A stretch of 64,000 bases of DNA, from the NCBI RefSeq assembly GCF_028641065.1, contig NC_073377.1:123504001-123568000 (forward strand), written 5' to 3'. Shown one piece after another: positions 62,594 through 64,000 of this stretch. This DNA comes from Leucoraja erinacea (Eukaryota). A program made the translations under genes and the position numbers. The notes beneath the pieces were generated by a model. That model made no database searches. It was not told where the DNA came from and worked only from the letters and a program-made list of their open reading frames with translations. Each line of letters starts with the position of its first letter. Within the stretch, counting starts at the first letter, position 1.

Positions 62594-63749
62594 GGGGTCC
62601 GCTCTGGACCCTGATCTAAAAAAGATCTTTGGGGATAAAATGCGGTCCCCGAGCTTTCACCAGTCCCATATTGAGGACGCTGACTGGTGGATGCCATGGG
62701 GTGCTGCCGCTTGGGTATTATAGGTCTTGGTTTGCTCGTCCCGGGGCCTGCCCTCATGAGGCTGAAAGTTTCATGTCCCTTACCTTTTTGGTGAGGTCCT
62801 TCCCGAATAGCAGAGCGTCCGTCTCTGCAGCTGGGGCTTTGCATAACCCAGCAAATTTGGGATTGAGGGCAGTACTTATGATTTCCCGCCGGAAGTTGTT
62901 AATTTCAAACTGAGTGTTGCACATCAATGCCAGTACATCCTGCTGGTAGGTGTCCATGTCCGTGCTGTCCACAGAACGAGCAAAGGCTGTGATGGCCGAC
63001 GTCAGGAGCCTTAGGATCCGCTGTAGCTTGAGTTCATAGTTACGCATGTGTGACCCCACATGCCCCCAGATTTGGCTGTTCACAGTCAGCACTCTGAGGG
63101 CCTCACAGTTCTCTGGTGCTGTGTAAAGATCTAGCGCCTCAAAAAGCACCTTCTCCTGCAAGGGCTTATTCGAAAGATGATTTATGCTGGCCGCCAGTTT
63201 CGGTTCCAGCGGTCTTCCAGCACGTGGGGTTGCTACATAGCAGTCCACCACACCCAGCAGCTCTTCCTGCTCCTGCACCCCTTGCATACTTCCGATCTCG
63301 TCCGCCAGCCCCTGTTCCAGACCAGCCCAGCCCTGGTCACCAATGCTAGCCTCCAGTAATGAGGGAGCAGAGGGCAGTGCACAAGACACTGTGGAGGGGG
63401 TGCCTGATCTCCCTCCGTGAGAGCACTCTTTCTGCGCATCCCGCTGGAGCTGCTCCAATAGCTGTTGGATGCAGCTCAGGCGGCTGTCTCTCATCCGTTT
63501 AGGTGGAGACATGTCCCCGTCCGGCGAATCGGAACTCAATGGGCGGTTGGTTTTCCTGGTGGATTTTTTCCCAGTCCGCTGTTCAGGTGTTAGCGGGACT
63601 GGGCTTGGCTCGGTGTCGGGGATGGTGGAGCGCTCTATGAGCGGTTCAGCCGCCTGTTGCTGCCCCCCTGAGATTGAGCGGGGGGCAATTCTTTTTGAGA
63701 GCTTTTTCTTGAGTGCACTCATTTCTATAAGCAGAAAACACACACACAA
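62506..63749 (-). pseudogene. DIRS gag-like ORF1 (frameshift near 62765)
   Basis: 331-aa ORF with APENCEALRV..VNSQIW and LLFGKDL; continues in another frame (62506-62844) that overlaps pol. Confidence 0.75.
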
Positions 63750-63930
63750 CTCTCCTTCTCCGTTAGACTCCTTTCCATACCTCAGTGTACGTACCTAATG
63801 GTCCATTTTTTAAATTGCAGCGGGAGAGCCTAACTCCAGCTGCCGCCGCTTGTTGCACTGCTGGCGTAATGCCGCGCATGCGCGCTGAGCGGGTTCTTCA
63901 TGTAGTCACTCTCGTGACTCCGAAGTAAAA

Positions 63931-64000
63931 TTAGCTTTAAATAAATCCTTGTGTTTCTTGGTGATTTTAATACCTAGATAAGTAAAACGTTTGGTAGTCA
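63931..64000 (-). mobile_element. L1-clade ORF2 (RT) segment upstream of the DIRS insertion
   Basis: Reads TTKRFTYLGIKITKKHKDLFKAN, and joins in frame to F-MPLIDHIK once the DIRS is removed. Confidence 0.88.

Larger units (their letters stand above)
59570..63930 (-). mobile_element. DIRS1-like YR retrotransposon C, both termini intact
   Basis: Order gag, RT/RNase H/methyltransferase, YR. Perfect 32-bp ITR (63869-63900 vs 59650-59681). ICR 59797-59895 is complementary to both termini. AAAA at both boundaries. Confidence 0.95.

Noticed and set aside
59570-63930. Prophage, integron, retron or bacterial contamination (integrase + RT + Dam)
   Set aside because: The domain order, ITR/ICR structure and insertion into an L1 are diagnostic of a eukaryotic DIRS1 retrotransposon.

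Overview
Eukaryotic vertebrate genomic DNA, most likely a cartilaginous fish (skate or ray), inferred from its HE1/V-SINE, CR1 and Penelope repeats. The only host gene is a complete two-exon Msx homeobox gene (msx1-like; CDS 355-778 + 1013-1434, 281 aa, 234-bp intron). The other ~62 kb is repeat-rich downstream intergenic DNA. It holds three DIRS1-type tyrosine-recombinase retrotransposons, one with both termini and the ITR/ICR intact and inserted into an L1 ORF2. It also holds a Hero-type RLE LINE flanked by a 107-bp direct duplication, many Penelope-derived hammerhead-like motifs in short fold-back insertions with TSDs, Rex/Babar, CR1 and L1 fragments, SINEs, a hAT MITE and a 38-bp perfect-palindrome micro-transposon. 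A GC-rich non-coding family has LINE-like ends and a covarying hairpin. Family names come from motif recognition only; no database search was run. Boundaries of decayed repeats are approximate.
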